Shown one piece after another: positions 49,606-59,506 of a DNA stretch of 64,000 nucleotides. Both the position numbers and the translations under genes were made by a program. The notes under the pieces are model-generated. The model made no database searches. It was not told where the DNA came from and saw only the letters and a list, made by a program, of their open reading frames with translations. Within the stretch, counting starts at the first letter, position 1. The number at the start of each line of letters is the position of its first letter. This stretch comes from Dehalococcoidia bacterium. Its GTDB lineage: Bacteria > Chloroflexota > Dehalococcoidia > GIF9 > AB-539-J10. The stretch lies in contig JAFGFT010000019.1 in the NCBI GenBank assembly GCA_016930935.1, positions 5,664 through 69,663 of the forward strand, written 5' to 3'.

Positions 49606-50463
49606 ATGCAAATCAAGAAGATCGGTGTCGTCGGCTGCGGCCTCATGGGTTCCGGCATCGCAGAGATTTCCGCGAAGGCCGGCTATGATGTCGTGGTAGT
49701 CGAGGTTGCGGAAGAGTTCCTGAAGAAAGGACTCTCACGAATTGAAACGTCCACACAGAAGGCCGTAGACAAGGGCAAGTCCACAGCGGAAGAGCGCACC
49801 GCCGCGCTCGCACGCATCAAGGGCTCCACGAAGATGGAGGACCTGAAAGACTGCCAGATGGTCATTGAGGCCGTCATCGAGAAGATGGAGGAGAAGAAGA
49901 AGGTCTTCGCCATTCTCGAGGGTATCTGTCCTGCTGAGACCATCCTCGCCAGCAACACGTCTTCCCTTTCAATCACGGAGATTGCCAGTTCAACGAAGCA
50001 TCCAGAACGTGTGCTCGGACTGCACTTCTTCAGTCCTGTCCCTGTGATGAGGCTGCTTGAAGTCATCCGAACCATCATGATTCGCGACGACGTTGTCGAG
50101 GCAGGCGTTGCCTTCGGCGCCGCGGTTGGTAAGGAAACCGTAGTCTGTAAGGACTCCCCCGGCTTCATCGTGAACCAGTTGTACCTGCCGTACTCGCTGG
50201 TCGCCATCCGGCAATGGGAACGCGGACTGGCGAGCATGGAAGATATCGACAAGGCAATGATGCTCGGGCTGAACTACCCCATGGGTCCTTTCACACTGAT
50301 GGATTTCGTGGGTCTCGACATTCACTACAACGCATGTATGGCCATCTATGAAGAAACCAAGGACCCTGCATACCTTCCCCCACTCGTGCTGAAGAAGATG
50401 GTTCAATCGGGACAGCTCGGTAGGAAGACAGGCAAGGGATTCTACGACTATGCGAGCAAGTAG
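49606..50463 (+). CDS. hbd: 3-hydroxybutyryl-CoA (3-hydroxyacyl-CoA) dehydrogenase
   Basis: GCGLMGSGIA, SNTSSLSI, GLHFF, PGFIVN, PMGPF, GRKTGKGFY. Confidence 0.9.
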   Translation: MQIKKIGVVGCGLMGSGIAEISAKAGYDVVVVEVAEEFLKKGLSRIETSTQKAVDKGKSTAEERTAALARIKGSTKMEDLKDCQMVIEAVIEKMEEKKKVFAILEGICPAETILASNTSSLSITEIASSTKHPERVLGLHFFSPVPVMRLLEVIRTIMIRDDVVEAGVAFGAAVGKETVVCKDSPGFIVNQLYLPYSLVAIRQWERGLASMEDIDKAMMLGLNYPMGPFTLMDFVGLDIHYNACMAIYEETKDPAYLPPLVLKKMVQSGQLGRKTGKGFYDYASK

Positions 50464-50515
50464 CAACGCGATGGAGCGCTGCACTTGTCCGGCAGAAGGA
50501 AGGAGTCAATAAGAA

Positions 50516-51931
50516 ATGACAGGAATCGTATCGTACGCACCATATCTGCCCCTCAACAGGTTGGACAGGGCCGAGATTGGCCGCGCCTGGGGTAAGGGAG
50601 GCAAGGGAGAAAAGGCGGTCGCCAGTTTCGACGAAGATGCTCTGACCATGGCGGTTGCAGTCGGCCAGTCGTGCCTCAAAGGCATCGACGTCAAGACGGT
50701 CGACGGACTGTTCTTCGCCTCAACCACCGCACCCTACGCCGAGAAGCAATCGGCTGCCACCATCGCGGCAGCGCTCGGGATGGGAGCAGAAGTCTACACC
50801 GCCGATTTCGGCAACTCTCTCAGGAGCAGCACCAATGCGCTCCGTGCGGCCGTTGATGCCGTCAACAGCGGTTCTCTCAAGAATGTCCTTGTCTGCGCAG
50901 CAGACCGCCGAATTGCCCTCCCCAATGGCGCAAATGAGATGGCGTTTGGCGATGGCGCAGGCGCATTGCTCATCGGCAAGGAAGGCGTTGTGGCCTCCAT
51001 CGACTCGATGTACACGATGTCCGACGAGATAATCGATGTATTCAGGTCAGACACCGACCGTTACGTGAAGTCATGGGAGGTCCGCTTCGTTCGCGACGAT
51101 GGTCACGGCCGTGTGGTCCCCCAGGCAATCAAGGCCGCCCTGGACAAGCAGGGCGAGACGATTGCTGACTTCACGAAGATAGTGATGTACTCACCGGATG
51201 CGCGACAATTGGGCGCTGTCACCAAGGCCATGAAACTGGACCCTGCGAAGGTACAGGACACGTTCTTCAACGAGTTTGGCGATACAGGCAACGCACAGGT
51301 ACTAATCACCCTCGCGGCCGCTCTTGAGCAGGCCAAGGCGGGCGACCGGATTCTGGTTGCGTCCTACGGCAATGGTGCGGATATATTCGCGCTTACCGCA
51401 GCCGAAGGTCTCGCCGCAGCGAAGCCTGCGCGCGACATAGACTACTACCTCACGACGAAACTCATGATCTCAACCTATGAGAAGTATCTTCGCTGGCGTG
51501 AGGTAGTTGAAGTGGAGCCCCCCGCCACCGCTGCAATGGAGCAGCCCTCTCCTGTTGCGCTCTGGCGCGACAACAAGAGCGGCCTTGACCTCCATGGTGT
51601 GAAATGCAGGAAGTGCGGCACCCCGCAGTATCCAGCACAGCGCGTGTGCATCGAGTGTGGCTCGAAAGACGATTTCGATGACTACTCGTTCTCAGACAAG
51701 GAATCGTTCCTTTCAACCTATAGCCATGACTCCCTGGGCGTCAGCGCTGACCCGCCAACCACCATCGCTGCTGTCGACTTCACGGGAGGCGGCAGAATCA
51801 CGTGCGACATGACGGACAGAAACCCTGCGGAGATCAAGATTGGCATACCGATCGAGATGGTCTTCAGGATACTCAGAAACATCGGTGGCTTCTACACCTA
51901 CTGGTGGAAAGCACGCCCGAAGAGAGACTAG
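50516..51931 (+). CDS. HMG-CoA synthase/KAS-III-like protein fused to a DUF35 Zn-ribbon/OB-fold domain
   Basis: DEDALTMAV, GDGAGA, SYGNGAD; C-terminal CRKCG...CIEC; catalytic Cys motif absent (GNSLRSST). Confidence 0.85.
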   Translation: MTGIVSYAPYLPLNRLDRAEIGRAWGKGGKGEKAVASFDEDALTMAVAVGQSCLKGIDVKTVDGLFFASTTAPYAEKQSAATIAAALGMGAEVYTADFGNSLRSSTNALRAAVDAVNSGSLKNVLVCAADRRIALPNGANEMAFGDGAGALLIGKEGVVASIDSMYTMSDEIIDVFRSDTDRYVKSWEVRFVRDDGHGRVVPQAIKAALDKQGETIADFTKIVMYSPDARQLGAVTKAMKLDPAKVQDTFFNEFGDTGNAQVLITLAAALEQAKAGDRILVASYGNGADIFALTAAEGLAAAKPARDIDYYLTTKLMISTYEKYLRWREVVEVEPPATAAMEQPSPVALWRDNKSGLDLHGVKCRKCGTPQYPAQRVCIECGSKDDFDDYSFSDKESFLSTYSHDSLGVSADPPTTIAAVDFTGGGRITCDMTDRNPAEIKIGIPIEMVFRILRNIGGFYTYWWKARPKRD

Positions 51932-51958
51932 CAACACTAGCTACAAGCGAGGTGAAAA

Positions 51959-53149
51959 ATGGACGGAATCAAAGATAAGGTCGCTATCGTTGGGATGGGA
52001 TGCTGCAAGTTCGGCGAAAACTGGGACAAGAGCGCCGACGACATGATAATCGACTCGGTATACGAGGCCTACGAGGACGCGGGCATCGAGCCGAAGGATA
52101 TCCAGGCTGCATGGCTCGGCACCTACATGACTGAATGGACAGGACAGATGCTGTCACGTGCGTTGAAGCTCGACTTCATTCCAGTCACCAGGGTCGAGAA
52201 TGCGTGTGCTACGGGTTCGGACGCCCTCCGGAATGCGTGCTACGCAGTCGCGTCCGGCGCGTGCGACATCGCACTCGCCGTCGGCGTCGAAAAACTGAAG
52301 GACTCAGGGTTCAGTGGACTGCCCGACTTCGAGATTCACCGAAGGCAGCTCAACACCTACCGGAGCCGCTCCTTCAGCCCTCCAGGGCACTTCGCGATGA
52401 TGGCCACGAAGTACTTCGATAAGTACGGCCTCAGTTACGAGGAAGGCAAGCGCGTCATCGGGAGCATCTCCGTGAAGAACCACTACAACGGTTCGCTTCA
52501 CCCCAAGGCTCACTTCCAGGCCGAGACAACCCTTGAGAAGGTTCTCAAGTCCCCAATCATCGCATCACCCCTCGGATTGATGGACTGCTGTGGCGTCAGT
52601 GATGGTGCGGCCGCAGCCATCGTAACCAGGGCCGATCTGGCGAAGAACTTCAGGCCAGACCCCATCTACCTCAAGGGACTCCAGATTGCCGTCGGCCCGG
52701 GCGAAGGCTACATGAGTCAGAAGTATGACTGGGTCCACGTCGAAGAGACCCTCAGGGCCGGACAGCGCGCGTACGCCGAGGCAGGCGTCAAGAACCCGCG
52801 AGAAGAGATCAGCATGGCTGAAGTGCATGACTGCTTCAGCATCACCGAACTGGTCATCATGGAGGACCTGGGATTCAGCGAGCGCGGCAAGGCGCCCGAG
52901 GATGTTGATGCCGGCTTCTTCAAACTGGACGGCGGTCTGCCGATCAATACCGACGGCGGTCTGAAATGCTTCGGACATCCCATCGGAGCGAGCGGCCTCA
53001 GGATGATGTACGAGGTCTACAAGCAGCTTCAGGGCAAGGCCGACAAGCGGCAGATTAAGAACCCGCGACTGGGTCTCACACACAACCTTGGCGGCACACC
53101 CGCCACTTGTAGTGTGAGTGTCATCATCGCCGGCAACGAGAAGGGATAG
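51959..53149 (+). CDS. Thiolase (SCP2-type acetyl-CoA acetyltransferase family)
   Basis: ENACATG, EVHDCFS, GHPIGASG, HNLGG. Confidence 0.92.
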   Translation: MDGIKDKVAIVGMGCCKFGENWDKSADDMIIDSVYEAYEDAGIEPKDIQAAWLGTYMTEWTGQMLSRALKLDFIPVTRVENACATGSDALRNACYAVASGACDIALAVGVEKLKDSGFSGLPDFEIHRRQLNTYRSRSFSPPGHFAMMATKYFDKYGLSYEEGKRVIGSISVKNHYNGSLHPKAHFQAETTLEKVLKSPIIASPLGLMDCCGVSDGAAAAIVTRADLAKNFRPDPIYLKGLQIAVGPGEGYMSQKYDWVHVEETLRAGQRAYAEAGVKNPREEISMAEVHDCFSITELVIMEDLGFSERGKAPEDVDAGFFKLDGGLPINTDGGLKCFGHPIGASGLRMMYEVYKQLQGKADKRQIKNPRLGLTHNLGGTPATCSVSVIIAGNEKG

Positions 53150-53213
53150 ACACCTTCCGCAGGGTCGCCATGCCGATGGCGCATGGCCCTACGACGGCAA
53201 CAGGACATCGAAA

Positions 53214-53260
53214 GGCGGTAGGACTGAGGACGACGGGTCCTCAGCCCGCCGCCTTTGTCT
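53214..53260 (+). terminator. Intrinsic terminator after the thiolase operon
   Basis: GGCGG..GACTGAGGAC-GACGG-GTCCTCAGCC..CCGCC-TTTGTCTT. Confidence 0.65.
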
Positions 53261-53333
53261 TTCCCTTTTCCAGAGACGCTGCGCACGAGTCAGGTTTCAG
53301 TTTCCTCGATTGACCCGCACGAGTATGATGCCT

Positions 53334-53362
53334 TTGCTTCCCGCGAGTAGCTGACCTATAAT
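53334..53362 (+). promoter_or_regulatory. Promoter giving a probably leaderless pdxS transcript
   Basis: TTGCTT-17 nt-TATAAT, ATG 6 nt downstream, no SD. Confidence 0.65.
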
Positions 53363-53368
53363 ACAACC

Positions 53369-54250
53369 ATGGAGAAGAGCACTTTCCGGACGAAGAGCGG
53401 TCTTGCACAATCCCTCAAGGGCGGCGTGATTATGGACGTCGTGACCGCAGAGCAAGCAAAGATAGCCGAGGACGCCGGGGCATGCGCAGTCATGGCCCTT
53501 GAGCGCGTCCCTGCCGATATCAGGGCAGCCGGCGGCGTGGCCAGGATGGCTGACCCGACGGTGATAACTGCAATCATGGAAGCCGTCAGCATCCCGGTCA
53601 TGGCCAAGTGCCGCATCGGGCACTTCGTCGAAGCGCAGGTCCTGCAATCGATGGGCGTCGACTTCATCGACGAGTCGGAAGTGCTCACCCCCGCAGATGA
53701 GAGTTTCCACGTATGGAAACACGATTTCGATGTCCCCTTCGTGTGCGGTTGCCGGGAACTCGGAGAGGCGCTACGCCGCATCGCAGAGGGAGCGGCGATG
53801 ATTCGAACCAAGGGAGAGGCTGGCACTGGCAACATCGTCGAGGCGGTACGCCACATGCGCGCTGTGCAGGACGGCATCCGCAGAGTACAGTCTCTGCAGA
53901 AAGAACAACTCGTCACAGAGGCCAAGAATCTCGGTTCACCCCTTCAGCTTCTCCTCGACCTGCACGAGTCAGGAAAGCTACCTGTCGTCAACTTCGCTGC
54001 CGGGGGAGTTGCCACTCCTGCCGATGCAGCACTCATGATGCAACTCGGAGCCGAGGGCGTGTTCGTCGGTTCAGGCATCTTCAAGTCCAGCAATCCCGCA
54101 GCGAGAGCGAAGGCTGTGGTGGAGGCTGTGACTCACTACCAGGACCCAGCCATCATCGCGCAGGTCTCCAAGGGACTTGGTGAGGCAATGCCCGGCATCG
54201 AGATCGGGTCCATTCCTCCGCAGGACCTTCTGGCCTCCAGGGGTTGGTAG
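53369..54250 (+). CDS. pdxS: Pyridoxal 5'-phosphate synthase lyase subunit
   Basis: [38 protein letters not shown]. Confidence 0.97.
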   Translation: MEKSTFRTKSGLAQSLKGGVIMDVVTAEQAKIAEDAGACAVMALERVPADIRAAGGVARMADPTVITAIMEAVSIPVMAKCRIGHFVEAQVLQSMGVDFIDESEVLTPADESFHVWKHDFDVPFVCGCRELGEALRRIAEGAAMIRTKGEAGTGNIVEAVRHMRAVQDGIRRVQSLQKEQLVTEAKNLGSPLQLLLDLHESGKLPVVNFAAGGVATPADAALMMQLGAEGVFVGSGIFKSSNPAARAKAVVEAVTHYQDPAIIAQVSKGLGEAMPGIEIGSIPPQDLLASRGW

Positions 54251-54258
54251 GAGCGCGG

Positions 54259-55686
54259 TTGCGAAAGGTAGTAGCTGACGCACTTGATGCTCTCCTTGAC
54301 GTGCTTCCGCCCCATGTCCGCGAACCTCTTCGCGAGCAGTCACGGATAAACGACATCCTCGAGATTGTCATAGACCTCGGGAGTCCCCCCGAAGCGCGCT
54401 TCCCTCAAGAGGAAGTGCTCGTCAGCAGCAAAGAAGTCGACCAGGAAGACATCGCCTATGTCGTGTCGCGAATCGGGGAGTTTACCAGTGACAACAGGGC
54501 GGGCATCGAACGTACGCTGCACCGCATCTCAGCGATGCGCAACCGCCATGGCGCCATTGTCGGACTCACCTGCAGGGTCGGCCGTGCCGTATTCGGCATG
54601 GTTGACATGATAGAGGACCTTATCGAGTCCGGGCAGAACATCCTGCTCCTCGGCAGACCGGGAGTTGGCAAGACGACCATGCTGCGCGAGGCAGCCAGGG
54701 TACTCGCAGACAGCGCGAAGAAGCGCGTCATCGTTATCGACACATCGAACGAGATTGCCGGTGATGGTGATATTCCCCATCCCGCCATCGGTCACGCTCG
54801 GCGCATGCAGGTCTCTTCTCCTGAACGGCAGCACGCAGTGATGATTGAGGCCGTCGAGAACCACATGCCCGAGGTCATCATTATCGATGAAATAGGAACT
54901 GAACTTGAGGCTCAGGCCGCGAGGACGATTGCCGAAAGAGGGGTACAACTCATCGGAACGGCACACGGCAACAGCTTGGACAACCTCATTCTGAACCCCA
55001 CACTTGCCGACCTCGTTGGAGGCACGCAGTCCGTGACACTGGGAGACGAAGAGGCACGGCGGCGGCGCACGCAGAAGTCCGTGCTGGAACGCAGGGCACC
55101 TCCCACGTTCGACGTAATCGTTGAGATTGTCGATTTCTACCGTGTCTCGGTCCATCTGAATGTTGCCGAAGCTGTGGACAGCCTTCTGGCTCACAAGTCC
55201 GTGCAGACGGAGACTCGCTGGGTTGATAGCGAAGACCGCGTCCGGCGGGAGACCCAGCGCTCCACTGCCACTGGTGCCACAACTCGTGAAGAAGAAGCCG
55301 AGGTTTCGTTCCTTCCGGGTCATGAGATACCCGTCAGAATCTTCCCCTTCGGTGTGAACAAGTCCCGCCTCGATGTCGCTGCCAGAAGAGAGAAGAAAGC
55401 AATACAGATAGTGGAGGATTTCCGCGGCTCCGACCTGTTCCTGACAACGTTGCCTCACTACCGGCGGAAGCCGCAGCGGGTTCGCGACGCCGAAGCGCTC
55501 GGCATTCCGGTCTACGTGCTCAAGAGCAACGACCTCTCACAATTGCGCCAATGCCTGCACTCCATGTCGCCCGGCCTCTCAAGAACCAGCTATGTCCAGG
55601 AACTGCAGCAGACCCTCTCCAGCAGGAAAGGCAAGAACAGGGGCAGCGCCCAGCCACATGACAGAATCCCGCAGGAGGCAGCGTAG
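54259..55686 (+). CDS. Ycf45/SpoIIIAA-like AAA ATPase
   Basis: DNRAGIERTLHRISA, GLTCRVGRA, GRPGVGKTT, DTSNEIAGDG, IDEIG, TAHG; TTG start after AGGAG. Confidence 0.88.
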   Translation: MRKVVADALDALLDVLPPHVREPLREQSRINDILEIVIDLGSPPEARFPQEEVLVSSKEVDQEDIAYVVSRIGEFTSDNRAGIERTLHRISAMRNRHGAIVGLTCRVGRAVFGMVDMIEDLIESGQNILLLGRPGVGKTTMLREAARVLADSAKKRVIVIDTSNEIAGDGDIPHPAIGHARRMQVSSPERQHAVMIEAVENHMPEVIIIDEIGTELEAQAARTIAERGVQLIGTAHGNSLDNLILNPTLADLVGGTQSVTLGDEEARRRRTQKSVLERRAPPTFDVIVEIVDFYRVSVHLNVAEAVDSLLAHKSVQTETRWVDSEDRVRRETQRSTATGATTREEEAEVSFLPGHEIPVRIFPFGVNKSRLDVAARREKKAIQIVEDFRGSDLFLTTLPHYRRKPQRVRDAEALGIPVYVLKSNDLSQLRQCLHSMSPGLSRTSYVQELQQTLSSRKGKNRGSAQPHDRIPQEAA

Positions 55687-55690
55687 TCTG

Positions 55691-56329
55691 ATGGGGCTGC
55701 TCATCACATTCGAAGGAGGCGAGGGCTGCGGCAAGAGCACCCAGTCCAAGCGCCTTGCCCAGAAGTTGACAGAAGCAGGTCATGAGGTGGTGCGGACCTA
55801 CGAGCCAGGAGGTACCGACCTCGGCATGGAGATTCGGCGCTCATTGAAGAAGCCCCGAGAGACCACCGTAGCTCCCGAGACTGAACTGCTCCTCTTTGCC
55901 GCGGCAAGGGCGCAACTCACACAAGAGGTCATCCTTCCTGCACTCTCAGAGGATTGCATTGTCATCTGCGACAGGTTCACAGACTCCACTCTCGCATACC
56001 AGGGATACGGGAGAGGAATTTCTCTCGACCTCGTTGAGACTCTCAATACCATTGCGGCACGGGGAATCATTCCCGACCTCGTTCTGCTACTCGACATGGA
56101 CCCGGCTCTCGCCCTCAAGAGGAAAATGCAGTCGCGCGACCGCTTCGAGTACGAGGACATCAGTTTCCATGAGCGCGTGAGAAAGGGCTACCTGTTCCTT
56201 GCGGAGCAGGACCCGGAGCGATGGCTGGTCCTGAACGCGGCACAGCCCCTGAACTACACGTCACAGGCTATCCTCGAAAGAGTCCAGGGTCTCATTGCAC
56301 AACACCGGATACGGTTGCGCCGTTCGTAG
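55691..56329 (+). CDS. tmk: Thymidylate kinase
   Basis: FEGGEGCGKSTQ, EPGGT, CDRFTDSTLAYQG. Confidence 0.95.
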   Translation: MGLLITFEGGEGCGKSTQSKRLAQKLTEAGHEVVRTYEPGGTDLGMEIRRSLKKPRETTVAPETELLLFAAARAQLTQEVILPALSEDCIVICDRFTDSTLAYQGYGRGISLDLVETLNTIAARGIIPDLVLLLDMDPALALKRKMQSRDRFEYEDISFHERVRKGYLFLAEQDPERWLVLNAAQPLNYTSQAILERVQGLIAQHRIRLRRS

Positions 56330-56370
56330 TAGACGCCACCTGTGAGAGCAAGCAGGTCTGGCGGATTTCC

Positions 56371-57417
56371 ATGACACATCGAGCAGCGATCGCCCTCAGC
56401 GGAGGCGCCGATTCCGCGGTGACGGCCCTCATCCTGCGAGAGCAGGACTACGACTTGTTCGCCCTCCATCTCCTTCTCGTCAACACGCCCGCATCATTGT
56501 TGCAGCACGACAGGGCGCGCGATATCTCACGTCGTCTCGGCATCGAATTCCAGGTTGTCGACCTCACTCAGCAGTTCGCTGAACGCATTGTGACGCCCTT
56601 CTGTTCGGAGTATGCCAGAGGAAGAACGCCGAACCCCTGCATCAGCTGCAACAGGGACATCAAGTTCGGCCTTATGCTTCAGGAAGCGTGGGAGAGAGGG
56701 GCCGACTTTCTGGCGACAGGTCACTATGCCAGGGTTGTGCGCACAGCGGGACAGGCCTCGCTGCTACGCGCAACTGACAGGCACGCAGACCAGTCCTACT
56801 TCCTCTACGCCATCGACGATACCGCCCTGGCAAGCGTCCTCTTTCCCCTCGGTGCAATGCCAAGAAAGAAGGTCCGAGCAGTCGCGCAGGACGAGGGTTT
56901 CCAGACGGGACAGCCGAGCCAGGACATCTGTTTCGTGAGCGAGAAGAGCTACCATCAGTTCCTTGAACCAAGGACGTCGGCTGTGCCGGGCGACATCGTG
57001 GACACCGCAGGGAAGGTCCTGGGAAAGCACAAGGGGCTTCCGTTCTACACTGTGGGACAGCGCCGTGGATTGCGATTGTCTCTTGAGGAGCCGCGCTACG
57101 TACTGAGACTCGATGCACCCAACAACAGGGTGGTGGTGGGCAAAGAAGATGAATTGTACGTCGACGCAGCACTATTGTCCGACCTCGTCTGGCATGGCGG
57201 CACGCCGGCCACGAGTGAACTGGATGTATGCGCGAAGACCCGATTCCGCTCGCGAGAGGCTCCCGCACGCGTAACTGTGGATAAAAACGCCGCGTGCGTA
57301 GCTTTCAGCGAGCCACAGCGTGCGATTGCCCCCGGTCAGTCGGTCGTGTTCTACGAAGGCGATGTCGTGCGTGGAGGCGGCATCATCACGGAGAGCACGC
57401 GTGGAGGCACCCCGTGA
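56371..57417 (+). CDS. mnmA: tRNA 2-thiouridine synthase
   Basis: SGGADS, TPNPCISCN, ATGHYA, DQSYFL, SQDICF, TVGQRRG, PGQS. Confidence 0.94.
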   Translation: MTHRAAIALSGGADSAVTALILREQDYDLFALHLLLVNTPASLLQHDRARDISRRLGIEFQVVDLTQQFAERIVTPFCSEYARGRTPNPCISCNRDIKFGLMLQEAWERGADFLATGHYARVVRTAGQASLLRATDRHADQSYFLYAIDDTALASVLFPLGAMPRKKVRAVAQDEGFQTGQPSQDICFVSEKSYHQFLEPRTSAVPGDIVDTAGKVLGKHKGLPFYTVGQRRGLRLSLEEPRYVLRLDAPNNRVVVGKEDELYVDAALLSDLVWHGGTPATSELDVCAKTRFRSREAPARVTVDKNAACVAFSEPQRAIAPGQSVVFYEGDVVRGGGIITESTRGGTP

Positions 57418-58055
57418 CCACCGCACAACGCTACCCCACTGCAGAGAGGGAGACCGAACTGCGTGAAGAGCGACTGTGGCCGGTCGCGGGAGTGGATGAG
57501 GCGGGCCGCGGTGCGCTGGCCGGCCCCGTTGTTGCCGGAGCTGTGGTGGCTGACTGGTGTCTGCACTTTCCATGGCACGATGAAGTGCGCGACAGCAAGC
57601 AACTCTCGGCCTCCAAACGAGAGCAACTGTTCGACATTATCTGTCTCGAAACAAGCGGCGTCGGCGTCGGAATCGTCCCGAATACGGACGTTGATGCGAT
57701 TGGCATCGCTGCCGCCACCCGCAAGGCGATGTGCCTGGCACTCGACAACCTTGCGGTGCGCCCGAACTACGTGCTCATCGACTGGATGACGCTGCCACAA
57801 CTGCGGATTCGGCAGGAGGGAATCGTGAAAGGAGACAGCCGATGTCTCTCCATCGCCTGCGCATCCATCATTGCGAAGGTCACCCGTGACCGCATCATGA
57901 ACGAAATGGATACGCTCCATCCGGGGTACAACTTCTCTCAGCACAAGGGCTACGGCACTGTTAGTCACCTCGCGCTTCTCAGGGACAATGGGGCATGTCC
58001 CGTTCACCGTTTCAGCTTCCGGCCCGTGCGACTGGTAGAGGCAGGTCTTCTTTGA
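57414..58055 (+). CDS. rnhB: Ribonuclease HII
   Basis: GVDEAGRGALAGPV, DSKQL, KGD, ASIIAKVTRD, HKGYGT. Confidence 0.94.
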   Translation: MTTAQRYPTAERETELREERLWPVAGVDEAGRGALAGPVVAGAVVADWCLHFPWHDEVRDSKQLSASKREQLFDIICLETSGVGVGIVPNTDVDAIGIAAATRKAMCLALDNLAVRPNYVLIDWMTLPQLRIRQEGIVKGDSRCLSIACASIIAKVTRDRIMNEMDTLHPGYNFSQHKGYGTVSHLALLRDNGACPVHRFSFRPVRLVEAGLL

Positions 58056-58420
58056 AGCCTGCGGAGGTCGGACGGCGTGGCGAGGAACACGCAAAGGACC
58101 TGCTCAAGAAGCGCGGGTATAAGATAATCGAGACCAACGCTCGTGGCCACTACGGAGAGATAGACATCGTGGCGAAGACGAAGGACTGCCACGTGTTCGC
58201 GGAGGTGAGAACACGTACTACGAACGAATTCGGGACTCCCGAGGAGTCCGTCAACCACCGCAAACAGCACAAGCTGGTCACCTGTGCACTGGATTATGTG
58301 GCTACTCACGAGGGGTTCGAGGACAAGCCATGGCGAATCGACGTAGTGGCGATTGAGCTGGATGAGAAGGGCAACCCAACGCGCACCGATATCATCGAGA
58401 ATGCTGTGCCCCTGTCCTGA
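58052..58420 (+). CDS. YraN/UPF0102 family protein
   Basis: GRRGE, GEIDIVA, FAEVRTR, RIDVVA. Confidence 0.9.
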   Translation: MKPAEVGRRGEEHAKDLLKKRGYKIIETNARGHYGEIDIVAKTKDCHVFAEVRTRTTNEFGTPEESVNHRKQHKLVTCALDYVATHEGFEDKPWRIDVVAIELDEKGNPTRTDIIENAVPLS

Positions 58421-58471
58421 TAGTCCCCGTAGTATAATGGCGCAGATTCCGTTGGAACGAGGAGGCATCAC

Positions 58472-59437
58472 ATGAAGGTTTTCGTTTCTTTCTGGCTGCC
58501 CGAAGCCCCTATCGCAATACTGCGGCAGAAGCACACCGTCGTCATGAACGAGGAGCAACGCGTATTGCCGCAGGACGAACTCATAGCAGGGCTTGCGGAT
58601 GCTGATGCCATGCTCTGTGTCGGAAGCCGAGTAGACAAGACGGTGCTGGATGCAGTTGGCCCGAAGCTGAAGATTATTGCCAACTGGGGCGTCGGCTACA
58701 ACAACATCGATGCGGAATATGCCGCCACAAAAGGCATCATGGTCACCAATACTCCGGACGTGCTGACGGAGACAACTGCAGACCTTTCCTGGGCGATACT
58801 TATGGCCGTGGCAAGAAGAGTCGTCGAGGCCGACAAGTACGTCAGGGCGGGCGATTTCGTGGGCTTCAAGCCGTTCGCGATGCTGGGGGCGGATGTGTGG
58901 GGCAAGACGATTGGCATCATCGGCTACGGACGTATCGGTCAGGCAGTCGGACGGAGAGCAAAGGGCTTCGGCATGAGGGTCCTCTATCACAACAGGAAAC
59001 CGGTCGCGGATGACCCGTCGGGTGCTGAGTACACCGATATCGACTCGCTTCTGAAGGAATCGGACTTCGTGTCTTTGTATGTACCTCTTTCCGACGAGAC
59101 GCGGCACCTTATCGACGCAAAGAGACTCGCTCTCATGAAGCCGTCTGCCTTCCTCGTGAACATATCACGCGGCCCCGTGGTCGACGAGCAGGCGCTTGTC
59201 GACGCGCTGAAAGCGAAGACGATTGCCGGAGCTGCGCTCGACGTGTTTGAGAAGGAGCCCGAAGTGACAAAGGAGCTTCTCACCATGTCCAACGTGGTGC
59301 TGACACCTCACATCGGTAGCGGAAGCTGGGAGACAAGGACCAACATGGCCCACGTGTCCGTGAAGAACATCATTGCCGCTCTCGACGGACAGACTCCCCC
59401 CAACCTCGTGAACAAGCCGGTAGGACCTCGAGGCTAA
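58472..59437 (+). CDS. D-isomer-specific 2-hydroxyacid dehydrogenase (glyoxylate reductase-like)
   Basis: NTPDVLTETTADL, GYGRIG, NISRG, LDVFEKEP, PHIGS. Confidence 0.92.
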   Translation: MKVFVSFWLPEAPIAILRQKHTVVMNEEQRVLPQDELIAGLADADAMLCVGSRVDKTVLDAVGPKLKIIANWGVGYNNIDAEYAATKGIMVTNTPDVLTETTADLSWAILMAVARRVVEADKYVRAGDFVGFKPFAMLGADVWGKTIGIIGYGRIGQAVGRRAKGFGMRVLYHNRKPVADDPSGAEYTDIDSLLKESDFVSLYVPLSDETRHLIDAKRLALMKPSAFLVNISRGPVVDEQALVDALKAKTIAGAALDVFEKEPEVTKELLTMSNVVLTPHIGSGSWETRTNMAHVSVKNIIAALDGQTPPNLVNKPVGPRG

Positions 59438-59460
59438 GCAGCAATCCAGATTGACATCGC

Positions 59461-59486
59461 GGTGGCGGGCGCGGTTGCCCGCCACC
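59461..59486. terminator. Hairpin between convergent genes
   Basis: GGTGGCGGGC-GCGGTT-GCCCGCCACC. Confidence 0.6.
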
Positions 59487-59506
59487 GTCGCATCCAACGA
59501 AAGAGT

